Shown: piece after piece, positions 12,922 to 25,791 of the stretch | Position numbering within the stretch: position 1 is the stretch's first letter | Layout of the letters: each line of letters opens with the position of its first letter | DNA from: Vezdaea acicularis | Taxonomy: Eukaryota | DNA length: 64,000 nt | NCBI GenBank assembly: GCA_026025075.1 | Contig: JAPEUI010000009.1 | Location: 62,001 to 126,000, forward strand | Direction: 5' to 3' | Made by a program: the position numbers and the translations under genes | The notes under the pieces: generated by a model | The model's input: the letters and a program-made list of their open reading frames with translations, nothing else | Database searches by the model: none | Told to the model about the DNA's origin: nothing

Positions 12922-13510
12922 AGATTGCGTTTAACGGGCGACCTCCGGTAGATATAACCACCTACCATCTTTGCCGTCAAGCTTCAGGGGAAGTTTCATA
13001 CGTTTGAATGTCGAAGCCGGCTTGGCTGGCTGCTTCTTTCTGACAGGTCCCTTGAGAGGTGCCCCGATAATTCCCTCGACACCTTCCCTCGAGCAGTAGA
13101 GGTGGTTGAGAAGTGCTTCTAAGGGACATCTAAACCACTCCCCGGTGCATATGGCATTACACGCAAAGCATCACAAGTCATGTACCACTATCAAGCATGC
13201 GACTTTCGAGATCAGGGCCTCGGGATTGAGGATTGGTTGTTGATCAACATACTATAAGGTTTCTCATTGAACTGAAGATTACGAAATGCAGAAAGTCGTA
13301 GATCATACGGCTCTTCGTGACTCGGAGCCCTTGGTCTTCAAGCCTTAAGCCAAGTTCGAGCCACTTTGAAACCCCAAAAATCCTGAATCAATATCTCCAT
13401 CGCATGTAACATTGACCTGAATCTTCGGTTGCCCCTATTCCGCCATAAAAGCGCACGACTTTCCCCCTTTTGCACCCTAGATCAGGCCTAGATCAGTACT
13501 TACCCTCCCC

Positions 13511-15847
13511 TTAGATCAAAATCGACACGGCGTTCCATGCTGGGCTTAGCACATCATACATGACCGTCTCCGAATCGTCTGTGGCAATGGCATACCGCTT
13601 GAACTCATGCTCGCTACCTGCAAGATCCGCGTAGAACCGCGCGGCTGCATCAGCTGTCGCCTGGTTGTTGGGGCTGTCCTTGGAGTCCGGCTTGAACTTG
13701 TAAACGTGGTACTTGGATGCGGCGTACATGATCAAGCTCTCCTTGTCGCCGGGCTTGAAGCTGAGCAGGTAAGGAATGTGGGACGACAGCAGCCACTCTT
13801 GGGAGTGATTCATTGGCAGGGCTTTGACGAGGTCGGCCTCTGTATACCCGAGCAACTGGTCAAGTGAAGTCGGTGGCGGACGGTACAAGCAGGGGGGCTT
13901 GTTGACGACGAAAGCCTGGTAGTAGTTTTGCAGGTAATTGACAGCCGTGTGCTGCGGGGAAGCAATGTGGATGCACATAGTAACACAGTCGATTAACGCG
14001 TCAAGCGTATGGAGGGTGGGGAAGGACTTGATGTTGGCGCCGCCATTTTCTGCGGCGGGCGGCTTCCGCATCTCAGCGCTCCAGTTCTGGAGGTCGGCAT
14101 CCCCCTTGACCTGGGCATCGGCGTTGGGACCGTTATACTTCTGGGAGAGCATCTCGGCGACATAGGACCGAATCTTTTGCCACATGCTATGAATGCAGCG
14201 CGCATAGGCGTAATTGTGAAACTTCACATCTCCAGATTTGGCTGTTGGGAAGCCACGGCGTTGAAGGTCCCTCGGTACGTACTGGCCCTGGAAGTCAAAG
14301 CTCTCATAAGCATGCTGCACGATCTTGAAGGCCTGCTGGTCCGTGAAGCCGATGAGCTTCACAATAACGTTTGGGACGAGGGTGTCTCGGGCCGCAGCAT
14401 TGAGTGACAGAGTCTTCTGCCAATGCGGATAGAGAAGCCGGAAAACCAGGTGGTTCGGTGGCAACTGCCGGTTGGCGGAGACGATGACGGACTCCTCGAT
14501 CAAGTGGGTGTTTGTCAGGTGGATACTGATTTCATGGCGAACCCAGTCGCTGCACTGCACACATGTCTTAGCATACCGCCAGGCCCAGTCATGAGCCTCG
14601 TCAAAGCTTGGTTTTAGATCTCCCTTTGCAGACGCCGGGTCGAAGGTAGGTAGATTCCTTGCTTCTCGTTTGAAGAGCTCGCGGTTGTATATCGTTACGG
14701 ACTTCTCAGCACTGCCACGCCAGTCAACGACAATGGCTAGCGGCAGAAGCTTACCCGCGTCAGTGAGGTAGAGAAGACAGACTGAAGCGCAACCATAGCG
14801 ATGACTCTTCCGAGTTTTGGCCTGGTTGTTCTCACGGTACGGTTCATCAAACTCGCATTGAATGATGGCTGACTCGTCCATCCCAGCAGCCTTGCGGAAG
14901 TAGCTGTAGTCCTGCACATACAGTGACTCTTTGAAGCCATAGCCAAGAGCCATAATCGTCTCCTGCGCCTTTTTATCAGCTGGATCTTTCGAGCCTTGAA
15001 CGAAGTGCGTGATCCATCGCTCCGAAGCTAGTTCGATTGTCGTAGGATTCGTGCCTGTGAAGTGCTGCTGAGCAAAGCGGGCATCGCTATACCAATCTTG
15101 TAGGTCGCCGACGTTCGGGAGATCGAAGATATCATTCCTTTTGAGCAACCCATACCTTCCGCGCATGTCTCGGTTATACTTCTCCACATCTTCAAGCTTA
15201 TCACCAGCATCAGGAGTGCCCATACTACCAAACTGAAGGGTAGCCAGTCCTCGTCCTGCTGCCACTACCCCTCTTGATATGAAATCCTTTGGTATCAGGG
15301 TAGGCAAAAGCGAAGACAACTGAGCTAACCGCATTTTATCAAAAATGTCAGCAGGTTTAAGGTCTGCCTTCTGGACTTTGCTCTTTTCCGCTTCAGCTGC
15401 TGGTAGATTACCAGCTAGGTTGAGGTGGGGCGGGTAGTGATCGGAACCATCAGTGAATGCAAAGAATTTGCGCTTCTGCTCCATCGTCAGAGGTGACGGA
15501 ACTACGGGTTCAAAGTTGACTGTATCCATATAGGACGTATATCTCTTCTCGATGAGCTCATATATCTTGGTCAGAGCAAGCTGAGTACCCCGATAGGTGC
15601 CTTCCACGATAGGCGGCGGCGCTTGGTCCTGTGCCTTCCCCAGAAGTTTCTCGGGATTCTGTTGAAGGGACTGTCGGTCATGTTCAGTAAAGTCCCCGAG
15701 TTTGTCGGGCAGGATCTCTAGCTTCGCCAGCTCATTGATGAATACTCCTGTATCCCAGGTAGCAAGAGGGAGTTCATTGGGATCACGAGGCCATGTGACC
15801 TTCTCGTCGATCTGGCCGAGGACGGTGCCAGGAGTAAGAGTAGCCAT
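13511..15847 (-). CDS. Lipoxygenase, iron-type (fungal WRYAK / C-terminal Ile group), intronless, ~778 aa
   Basis: WYSDARFAQQHFTGTNP, WRYAK, metal ligands HEISIHLTNTH and HTAVN, C-terminal NAVSILI. No signal peptide is evident. ATG at 15847 (MATLTPG). Confidence 0.93.
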   Translation of the reverse strand: MATLTPGTVLGQIDEKVTWPRDPNELPLATWDTGVFINELAKLEILPDKLGDFTEHDRQSLQQNPEKLLGKAQDQAPPPIVEGTYRGTQLALTKIYELIEKRYTSYMDTVNFEPVVPSPLTMEQKRKFFAFTDGSDHYPPHLNLAGNLPAAEAEKSKVQKADLKPADIFDKMRLAQLSSLLPTLIPKDFISRGVVAAGRGLATLQFGSMGTPDAGDKLEDVEKYNRDMRGRYGLLKRNDIFDLPNVGDLQDWYSDARFAQQHFTGTNPTTIELASERWITHFVQGSKDPADKKAQETIMALGYGFKESLYVQDYSYFRKAAGMDESAIIQCEFDEPYRENNQAKTRKSHRYGCASVCLLYLTDAGKLLPLAIVVDWRGSAEKSVTIYNRELFKREARNLPTFDPASAKGDLKPSFDEAHDWAWRYAKTCVQCSDWVRHEISIHLTNTHLIEESVIVSANRQLPPNHLVFRLLYPHWQKTLSLNAAARDTLVPNVIVKLIGFTDQQAFKIVQHAYESFDFQGQYVPRDLQRRGFPTAKSGDVKFHNYAYARCIHSMWQKIRSYVAEMLSQKYNGPNADAQVKGDADLQNWSAEMRKPPAAENGGANIKSFPTLHTLDALIDCVTMCIHIASPQHTAVNYLQNYYQAFVVNKPPCLYRPPPTSLDQLLGYTEADLVKALPMNHSQEWLLSSHIPYLLSFKPGDKESLIMYAASKYHVYKFKPDSKDSPNNQATADAAARFYADLAGSEHEFKRYAIATDDSETVMYDVLSPAWNAVSILI

Positions 15848-16791
15848 GATTATTGACAGAATCTGATAGGGAATTTCTTTGATCAAGAAGATTGATAGTT
15901 TCAAGTAGGGCCCGATTGTTGGGCCAGGTGTATGCTGGATATCACCTCGATAAAGATAAAGAACGGCCTTATATACATGAGTGGGGTCTCCTAGTTCAGG
16001 CCATTTGGCTCCAATTAGCTTCCTGGTATGTGGTTTTTGCTACATGCTGCCATGAGTGGCTGCATCAAGCTTGCTCGCATTATCTTAGAAGTTAGGCATC
16101 GATTTTGCCGATGGCTTTGTGGAAAGCCTATGGTGGCTGACTGGCCGTGAATGACACATTCCATAACTGGTAGTGTGGAGAAAGGTCCAGACCAAAACCA
16201 GTTGGAGATGCAGCTGAAACGGTCCATAGGCTGGCTGACGGCCGATCAGCGATGAATCGAAAGGTCTATGGACTTGCCTACCAGCTTTCCACACGAACAA
16301 TTATCACAAATGGCTGGCGTCTCGGCCTCTTGAAGTGGGGTAAGTTTGAGCGTGCGAGGTTGAGGTGCAGGAAACGTCACGCTAGGTGTGGGGTTTCAGC
16401 GGCCCGGGACGAGCCCGTGGCTTCCGCCAAGATGCTTTCTCATGTCCAGGATGGTTAGCTCTCAGCTCTCAGCCAGCCATTTAGTGGTCGGCTAACGCCA
16501 TAACCACGCGAGGGGTATTCAAGCCACTACTTTAGGGCACACAGAATATGAACCAGGCCGTTATGAAGAAATGAATAATTGAGTTGTCGATGGGGCAGCT
16601 GTAGCCCGATTTTGCAGGCCACTTCACTCACATAGATATCCCAAGCTAGCTTAGAACTAGTTCCAGAGGGGTCCGAGAGTCAGCCAGAAGTCCGTTATCC
16701 CTTGACACAATACTGCATGTCATCTCATTTGTTGGGCGAACTTCTATGGATAAGGTAGCTATTATCTATAGCTATAGACCACCTTATGCAG

Positions 16792-19058
16792 CTACGCCTT
16801 CTGGCCAGCAATCACAATCCTTCCCTCAATCCCCGGCGCAATGCCCCTCGTCCAATGCGGCAAAAACTCCCCCTCCTCGACCATACCGATCTGTCTGGTG
16901 ATCCCGGCAAGCCGTAACCATTTCCTTGTCACCTTTCGCATAATCATTTTAATGTGCTCATCCCTCTTACTCCTCAGCGCTCCCGCTGGTGAGCGTGTCA
17001 CAGGCTTCTCGTGATCAACCTCGTCCTCGCTGTCCGAGTCGATGTGATAGTCTTCAACTATGGTAAGCCTCCGTCCATCTGAGCTTGTATACGGTACGGG
17101 GGGTGCATTCAGGCCGGCATCGGCTTGTCTCGGAAGGTTTTGCTTCTTGGCGTAGACCTCGGGAGAGCTGGGGACAGACGGATCTTTGACACCGCCGTCT
17201 TGGGCCATTTTATCGGTGACTCTTCCCCAGTGTCTCGAAAGGCTAGGACTCCATCGTGCCCACTTGCCGAGTACCTTTAGCGACATGAAGTACTGGCGGA
17301 GAATAGTGGAGATCATGACGCCATTCTCTTCACTAACGATCTCGACGGCTGTACCGCCTTCTTCTTCAATCAGGAGGGAACTGTAGCCGTCTTTGCCGCG
17401 GCCCATGTAGCCTCTTGTCGCGAGGACGTATTCTCTCTCCATGTCTATGGGTGAGTCGCCAATTTTTGCCCACACAATACGTGACATTGGCGGCTTGGTG
17501 TCGTCAAATTCGAACATGATGTTGGACACCTGTGGGAACCGGCCCTCGAGCGCAGGAAGCTTTGAAACTCCGTTTTCGAGAGCTTCAAGGATAGCTTTGC
17601 CACGTACGCGGAGAACGACCACTGGATCCTCGAATGGGAAGGCGTCGAGCACCATCTTGAGCCGAATGATCCCTGGCGGATGAACCATATCGCTCCGGAT
17701 AGTGCCTGCTGCCATGATGGCACAGTCTGCATGGTAATGGTACCGCATGAGATCCGTGACGAAGTTCCCAAGGTTAGACTCTCTGGACCGCACGGTCGTG
17801 AAACGTCCATCTAATGGAGCAGCGCTATAGCCTACGGGCTTCTCCAATTTTGTTTTGAGGCTTGATGTCAAGCTTTCTACCAGCTTCACGGTTTCCGGAT
17901 CCTTTGGTATATCCCTTGTGATGTCTCGTCTAGTTATGGTAAAATCCCAGCCCTTTCCGTCCAGCTTTCGCCACGCCTCAATGTAGCTAGGACTAGTCAG
18001 CGACTGTCGAGTAGGTATTTCAAAGCGTTCGGAGTAGACAAGCTGCTCTAACGTGTCCAAAGTTACTTACCTCAATTGCTTGAAGTCGGAGCCAGAGCGT
18101 AAAACATGCGTACCATTGATCACCTCGTGATTATACATGTGATCATGGCCGCCAAGAATGATATCCATAAGACCGGCCGGCCTTGCTTTCTCCGCCAATT
18201 TGATATCATTTGGTTCACGTTGGTGTGTCAGAGCAATAATCAAATCTGCGCCCTCTTCTCTGATTGACGGCACCAGCTCCTCAGCTGTCAGTGATGCCGA
18301 TTTGTAAATGAGGTTAGGAGGGAGCGAATTGATAGTATCGAGCCATTCTCGTTCTCCAAGGCCAACGACTCCTACTTTTATGCCAGTAGACGATTTGAGA
18401 ACTATAGATCTTTTGCAATTCGCAATTGCTTCATCTTCACCCAAGGCAGGATCAAGCACATTTCCTAACAGCCATGGGAAGTCGCACTTGGAAGCGAGGT
18501 ACCGGAATTGAGCAACGCCGAAATCTAGATCATGACTTTATGTTCCATCAGCAGACTGGTCCAAAATTCCAGCAGAGTGAATAGTATAAAGTAGCTGCCT
18601 TATGATTCAGAATTGCTGGCAGACTCCGAGCGGGCCGCTTACTTTCCTACACAAGCAACTGTTGTGCCAATGTTGTTCAAGACCGGGACCATATGAGCGC
18701 CCTGCCTTCCATCAGCCAGGGCTCATTCCACACTCTTCGCTTCCTTGCGGTGAGACAACCTTCGAAACGGCAGACTCTAGGCTAGGGTTGTAGGCATCGC
18801 CGGAGAAAAAGGTTAAGAGCTTAGGCTGTCCGGCGAACTTCGGATCGGAACGATAGTAATTGCAGAGAGTCATGAAACGGGTGATTCCCCCGCAGTTATG
18901 CTGACTGCTCGAGTCTACGTGGTAAACTTGAGGAAATATCAGCGATGCCTCAGAGAGTGCGTAGAAATCAACATGCCATCATTGAAATGGAGAAATCGCA
19001 GATCACAAGGCCCTCTACGACCGCTATCAAAGGTAACTGCTTCCGAGTCGTTCTCCAT
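16792..19058 (-). CDS. 5'-nucleotidase / apyrase family (calcineurin-like metallophosphoesterase plus 5'-NT C domain); 4 introns, the first GC-AG
   Basis: Spliced motifs LHFNDVYH, FSGDAYNPSLES, GNHDLDFG, ILGGHDH, RESNLGNFVTD, FPFEDP and GRFPQVS. No signal peptide. Confidence 0.9.
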
Positions 19059-19488
19059 CAGAGCTACATTGGGAGGTTTGGAGGCAGAATAAGCATCATA
19101 CGGGGCCCAAGTACAGTCGAAAACAGCTTCAATTAAGCTCTTAGAGCAGTCTTCTCAGCTGTGAGTAAGAGGTGACATATAGTGGACCGCTCTTTGTATG
19201 GAGGCTGAATGCGGACGGTACTGCTCGCTTGGGAACATCTCGTTCAATTATGCGCTACGCATAGAGTGATGTCACGCTATGTATAAAAGTATTCAAGCAA
19301 GATGTAGTCGATTCAGGAAGTTTCCTGATTTCCTACTAGATCTGCCATCTGGCGCAGCTAGACTATGTGGGGTTGTGCTCAGCAAGGGATGTCAAATATA
19401 ATCTGAGAGTGTTAGGATCCCTTCCCTAGTATTCGTTACGGCGCAAAAACGCGATAATCAGGAAAGACCTCTTTAGGGTCTTTAACCC

Positions 19489-22008
19489 TTATCGCGCGGA
19501 CTTAGTCATACCCCTAGCCCTGCTTCTCTCCTCCTCGTCCAGCCTCCATTGCATATCGCTCTCGTCTGTTTGTACCTCCTCCCACTCCTCTTCTTCCATG
19601 TTCATGACAAGACAAATCTGCGTACATTTCATGAACAAATCTCGCAAGCCATACTTCCCTCCTCTGGCCACTGCGCTCACGATCCCTGCCACATCCCTCT
19701 CCAGTCTTACCGCCCCCATCTCATTAACGCGTCCGTAGTAGCTCCATACCCGCTTCTCAAGCAGCTTACTAAGATAGCTCACGGTCATAGTCAAGAGTTT
19801 CTCAAAATTATGTTCAGTCATGATCCTCTTCAAGGGGTTTACCAGGCCACTCCAACCGTGCTCGAATTTTCGAGGAACAAGGTCTCCAGCCTCAACTTCT
19901 TCGCCAGCTTCTTCAGCTAGGCGTGCCCTCTCCAGAAGGTCGTCGTTGGTAAGAAGGTAATCGGCTTCGCGAAACGCATCTGCAACAACTGGGCGTAAGC
20001 GCGGCTTGAGAACTTGGTTGAAGGTGACTTGGATGCCATCGCCAAGAAGTTCGGACGTCTTGGTCTCAAAACTGTGCTGCATCCCTTTAAGGGTTGTAAT
20101 GGCAAATTGCGCGTCCGAGTCAAATGGGAACATGTCGCTCAGTGATGTTGGCTGGTTGGCCTCGCTGTCACCGCCTACTGGTGCAGATGCTGTGTCTGTT
20201 TCCACCCTTGATTTTACAATGCGACCGATATAGTCGGTTGCGACATCAAGGTTGTTGAGTAATATGAGGAATGCAATGATCTTGTCCTCGGGTGGAGGCG
20301 CGCCCTGAATTGCCGCTTTGGGGTAGTAGTCATACCTTAACTTACTCTGTATCATGCCAACGAAATCAGATCCAAGAACACGCGCTATAGTGGGAACAAC
20401 GCTCGATATAACGGCGCGCTGAGACGTCGCGAGCGAGCGTTGGATGACTTTGTTGACTATATACATAACGTCGTCGACGGCAGATGTGATATGAGGTGGG
20501 TTTGCAACTATTGGTTTGTCCAAGTTTAGTGTGAGATCGGATGGCATTTCGTCCAGCTGAAATGCTTTCTCCACAGAGCGTCGGAAGAAGAACGTAGTCA
20601 TGACATTAAAGGGTGATATCAGACGATCTGCCACTTTCTTATGGAGGTTCGAGTGTTCGACGAAATTTGGCAATATAAGAGGTTCATTAGTAGTCTCTTT
20701 TTCGTTTTCTAGGGGTGTCTAAGTTTGTGTTAGATAGGGATAGACTAATTTTAGCTCTGAAGGAGAAGGGGTTTAGACCTTGACTTTGGTTGCAATGAAC
20801 CGCGTATACAAGGACCATCTCGCAAGCATAACGGCGATCTCGCTGAGAAGCCCATCAACCTCCTTCATATCAACTCCTTCGTCCTCGCTGTTCCGCTGGT
20901 CTGGCATCTTATCCCTTTTAGCAGGTGAAGCGGTTCTCGGTGTCCCTACGGAAGGCCTTTGTGCTGGCAAAAAACTCTGGACCAGGAATGAGAAGGCATA
21001 GGATTTGATATCTGTCAATCTCCTATCAATAGTTCTTTCGTCTCCCCATGTATCCAGAATGATACCTCCCTGCACATCAGCTTCCATCTGGAGACGCGTA
21101 ATGACCTTCACCATCCTTCCGCTGCCGTAATGCCGTTCTACTAAGCTACCATGACCTTCTATTATTTGTGCAATATGCTCGAACAGCTTCGTTAGAGCAC
21201 TGGCATAGAAGAAGCCTTCTTTACGTTGTGCCCCACCTGTACCTGCGTTGAGGTTTGTCCTCGCTCTTGAAGCTACACCTTGACAGACATAGCGTCCGTA
21301 TATGTCCAATCCAACGTCCGAGCGGCCTACGAGAGGAAACAGCTTGAAAAATCGTGTGACTTTGGCGCCATCTCCTTCTTTGGCTGCCTTTTCGAACTCT
21401 CGCAAGAACAAGCCGCACAGAGATTCAGCCGCTGAATCGAGTGTCACACTGGGTGGGTCAGGCACTTCTGCTGTTGGGACCATTTCCTCCGCAAACGACC
21501 CGGTCACGATCTCCTTAGGGATCTTGGAGGCACGACTGATATACGCCGCTGCTGTCTCCCAATCTTGAGGAGCTCCCATGGAGCCATTCACCCCGAGGAC
21601 ACATGCCTTAAGCTCAGCAACTTGCTCGACAACTTCTAGGGTAGCCTTAACTCGCGATTGCTCAAGGTCAAGACGCTTAACGGCACTAGATATACGGTTG
21701 GCCGTTGTTGCGGCCCCTGTCAGCATGCCACTGCTGATGGATCTAGTGGTTACCACTTGGGAGCCAAGGTGTGCTCGAAGCAAGTCCAAGCGCCCAAGCT
21801 CTCGAGATAGCTCTGTCTGTGAAGCAATCAAAGAGTCAAGACGCGCTGTGACAGCTATCTCCTTTTTATGAAGATCATTGAGGGTTGAGTGGATCTCTGC
21901 CAGCGAACCCGCACTGTAGATATCTAGAGCTCTCGGAGCCTCTTCCAACGAGGTCTCCTGCTTGTCATCGTTATGAGAAAGGCCGTTGGTCAGGCCGTTC
22001 GATGTCAT
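19489..22008 (-). CDS. COG4: Conserved oligomeric Golgi complex subunit 4; intron ~20719-20778
   Basis: N-terminal coiled coil (VKRLDLEQSRVKATL..VEQVAELKAC), VTRFFKLFPLVGR, TSAVDDVMYIVNKV and VNEMGAVRLERD are typical of Cog4. Confidence 0.9.
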
Positions 22009-22158
22009 TTGCGTAGTTAGACTTGAGTCTTAGCGCAGCCCGCCAGAAAAGCCATAACGTGGGGTGCAGAGTCGCAACAGGGTTTAACCTCTAGTCGGCG
22101 CTTACCGAAAATGGACAATTCATTAGTTGCGCGTGGCTGACGCGGGAAGCAAATCTCG

Positions 22159-22164
22159 ACGCGT
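22159..22164. promoter_or_regulatory. MCB-like element (ACGCGT) in the divergent COG4/MCM4 promoter, with a second ACGCG core at 22140-22144
   Basis: Exact MluI site ~110 bp upstream of the MCM4 ATG. MCB elements drive G1/S genes in ascomycetes. Confidence 0.5.
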
Positions 22165-22274
22165 CTCCCTCACAACCGCTTCCCACTCATCTCAACACCA
22201 ATCCCGGAATCTTCCAAACATCGTTCTTGCCCACGTCATTAACTTAATCCCAAGCCCGAATTAGATGATCAGAA

Positions 22275-25200
22275 ATGTCTTCACCTGCTTCTCGTCGTAG
22301 TCGACGAACCTCACAGCGGGGAACTCCAAGTCAACCAAGGAATTCACAGCCAGTTCCAAGTAGCCCGGTCGTTGATGCTGCAGCCGCGCAACTTCAGAAT
22401 GAAGATGTTGCTTCTCAATCGACGCCGCAGAGGGCACCGCAACATGGATTATCTTCATCGCCTCTTTTTTTCCGATCTTCACCAATAGTTCCAGACGCAG
22501 AGACAAATCGAATGGAGATGAGCTCCCCTCCACGTCTAGACTCAGATGCGATGGACACTGAGCAAACTCCCCGAGCAAATGGCCATGCCATTGGCGGTAA
22601 GATCCATTGCCCAGGTTAGCTCAATTAGTATAATAACGTATTTATATCTAGATTCTTCACCACTTCGATATTTGTCTAGCTCAAGCCCGAATCGTGGAGC
22701 GAATAGCCAAACTCAAACACGCTCTGGTTTGCCTAGTAGCGCACTTTTCCTCAATTCGGATTTAGATGGGCGTCCCCCGGGGAGCTCTGTACCGCAACCT
22801 AATCGACGAGGCGATATCCATTCGGACCTGCAAGGAGCCTCGGGACAACGACGAAGACGCCTTTTCGTAGACGAAAATGGCGTGCCTGTACCTAGTTCTG
22901 ACGCGCCCACCTTCTCCCAATTGGATCCTAATACCTCAGATGCGCAAGCCATGGGCGGTGACTCTACGCGGGTCATCTGGGGTACGAATGTATCGATTCA
23001 GGATACCATGTCCGCATTCAAGAACTTCTTAATGCACTATACTAAGAAGTACCGAATGTGGGCGGATGGCGCAACAAACGCGGATACAGAGGCTCAACCA
23101 GAGATCGCCAATCAAAAAGAGTACGTAGACATGATGCGCAACATGCGACTACTAGGCGTTGGTGCTCTCAACCTTGATCTTCGGAATCTCAAATCGTACC
23201 CTGCTACCGCGAAATTATGGCAACAGCTGCAGTTCTACCCGCAAGAAGTCATCCCGATCATGGATCAAACTATCAAAGATCTGATGGTAGAAGAAGCCGA
23301 GAAGGAGGTCAAGGAAATCAATCGCACACAGCAGCAACCTCACGCAGCTGGAATAGCCAGCTCTGACCCAGCGTTTCCCAGCTCTGATCAGCCTGAGCCC
23401 CAATCTCGTGCGACTGGCAGTGCGTATGATCTTAGACAAGCCCAAGACATCTTATCCGACGTAGAGACGCGAATATTCAAAACGAGACCCTTCGGCCTTG
23501 ACACTTCAATCAACCTAAGAGAACTTAACCCTGCCGGTACGTCGTCAACTTTCTCAAGAAATATCGTACTAACTAGTACTAGATATGGATAAGATGATCA
23601 GTGTAAAGGGCCTTGTTATTAGAACTACCCCTGTCATCCCTGATATGAAGGAGGGTTCGTGCCTAGCTTCTCCCATCTACCTCCGCAGGTACTAATACGC
23701 GATACTTAGCATTCTTCCGCTGCCAGGTTTGCGGTCACACTGTCAAAGTCGCAATCGACCGCGGCAAAATCGCAGAGCCGACCGAATGCCCTCGACAAGT
23801 CTGCGCTTCTGCAAACTCAATGCAGATTGTTCACAATCGCAGCGTGTTCTCAGACAAGCAGGTCATCAAGCTTCAAGAAACCCCGGATAGCGTCCCAGAC
23901 GGGCAGACCCCTCACTCAGTCTCTCTTTGTGCGTACGATGAGCTCGTGGATGTGTGTAAAGCCGGGGACCGTGTTGAAGTCACAGGAATATTCAGATGTA
24001 ATCCTGTGCGAGTCAATCCGCGCCAAAGAACAGTGAAGGCCCTCTTCAAGACCTATGTAGACGTCGTGCACATTCAAAAAGTCGACAAGAGACGCCTGGG
24101 AATTGATGTATCGACGCTAGAAAAGGACGTCTCGGAACAAGTAACTGCCGACGTGCAAGAGACACGGCGAGTGACCGAAGCTGAAGAAGAGAAGATCAGA
24201 GCCACGGCTGCACGCCCAGATATCTACGACCTTCTAGCACGCAGCTTGGCGCCGAGCGTCTACGAGATGGACGACGTGAAGAAGGGTATCTTGCTTCAGC
24301 TTTTTGGCGGCACTAACAAAACATTCGAGAAGGGAGGAAGTCCGCGATATAGGGGTGACATCAATATTCTCCTCTGCGGTGATCCCTCAACTTCCAAATC
24401 TCAACTACTTCAATACGTGCACAAAATTGCCCCTCGTGGCGTATACACGTCGGGCAAAGGCTCCTCTGCCGTAGGGTTGACAGCATATGTCTCGCGCGAT
24501 CCCGATACAAGACAGCTAGTCTTGGAGTCAGGCGCTCTAGTCCTCTCCGATGGCGGCGTCTGCTGCATCGATGAATTTGACAAGATGAGCGAAAGCACCC
24601 GTAGCGTCCTCCACGAAGTGATGGAGCAGCAGACCGTTTCAATTGCCAAGGCGGGCATCATCACAACTCTTAACGCCCGCACAAGCATTCTTGCTAGCGC
24701 AAATCCCATTGGCAGCAAGTACAACGTAACCCTACCCGTCCCGCAGAATATCGACCTCCCTCCAACTCTACTGTCCCGATTCGACTTGGTATATCTCGTG
24801 CTGGATCGTATTGATGAGCAGAGCGATCGGCGGCTGGCAAGGCATCTCGTGGGAATGTACCTTGAAGACGCGCCGGAGAATGCGGCTGGTACGCTAGAGA
24901 TTCTGGTAAGGCCCCTATAAACCCTTTTAAGCCACCCCTGAACGATCCTAACCCCTACGATCGCTACAGCCAATTGAGTTCCTCACCCAATACATATCCT
25001 ACGCCCGCAGCGCCATTCATCCAGTCCTGACGCCTGCAGCTTGCACAACGCTCGTCAACGCCTACGTCGCCATGCGCAAACTAGGAGAGGACGTTCGTGC
25101 AGCCGAGCGCCGCATCACAGCTACTACGCGCCAGCTCGAATCTATGATCCGACTCGCGGAAGCACACGCTAAAATGCGGCTCTCTCACGAAGTCACGTCC

Positions 25201-25557
25201 GAGGACGTAGAAGAGGCCGTACGGCTCATCAAGAGCGCGCTTAAGCAGGCGGCGACAGACGCGCACACGGGATTGATCGATATGGGACTACTCACGGAAG
25301 GTACCAGCTCAGGGGAAAGGCGAAGGCGGGAGGATATGAAGAACGCTACCGTTGCGCTCCTGGACGAAATGACTCGTGGGGGTGGTGGGGTCAGGTGGGG
25401 AGAAGTCGTGAAGAAGCTCGGGGATCAAAGCAGCAGTAGTTCTATCGAAGGGGAGGAGTTCAGGCTGGTGATTGGGGAACTGGAGCGGGAAGGCAAGGTC
25501 ATGGTTGTAGGCGAAGGCGCTCGTAGAAGCATTCGCCGGGTAACAGGTGTACAGTAG
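22275..25557 (+). CDS. MCM4: DNA replication licensing factor Mcm4 (Cdc54/Cdc21); introns ~22597-22651, 23537-23582, 23655-23709, 24906-24969
   Basis: S/P-rich N-terminus, [11 protein letters not shown]4 zinc finger, Walker [17 protein letters not shown], arginine finger SRFD and [12 protein letters not shown]. Confidence 0.97.
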
Positions 25558-25791
25558 GGGGCTACTGCAACATCAAGCTTCTGGTACGTTGGGTGGGGCG
25601 TTCATCGTAGTACCTTTTTTCGGGAATTAGATGATCTCATGGGACAGCAATGACGAGTATAACATGTGTAAAGATTTTAGCTCTATATAGACTTCCCAAC
25701 GTAACGCCGGCGTCACTGTCCATATGTTATATAGCCTCATTTACGCATCCCAATAAGTCAAATCACCTTCAAATACCGCCATTGCTTCATA

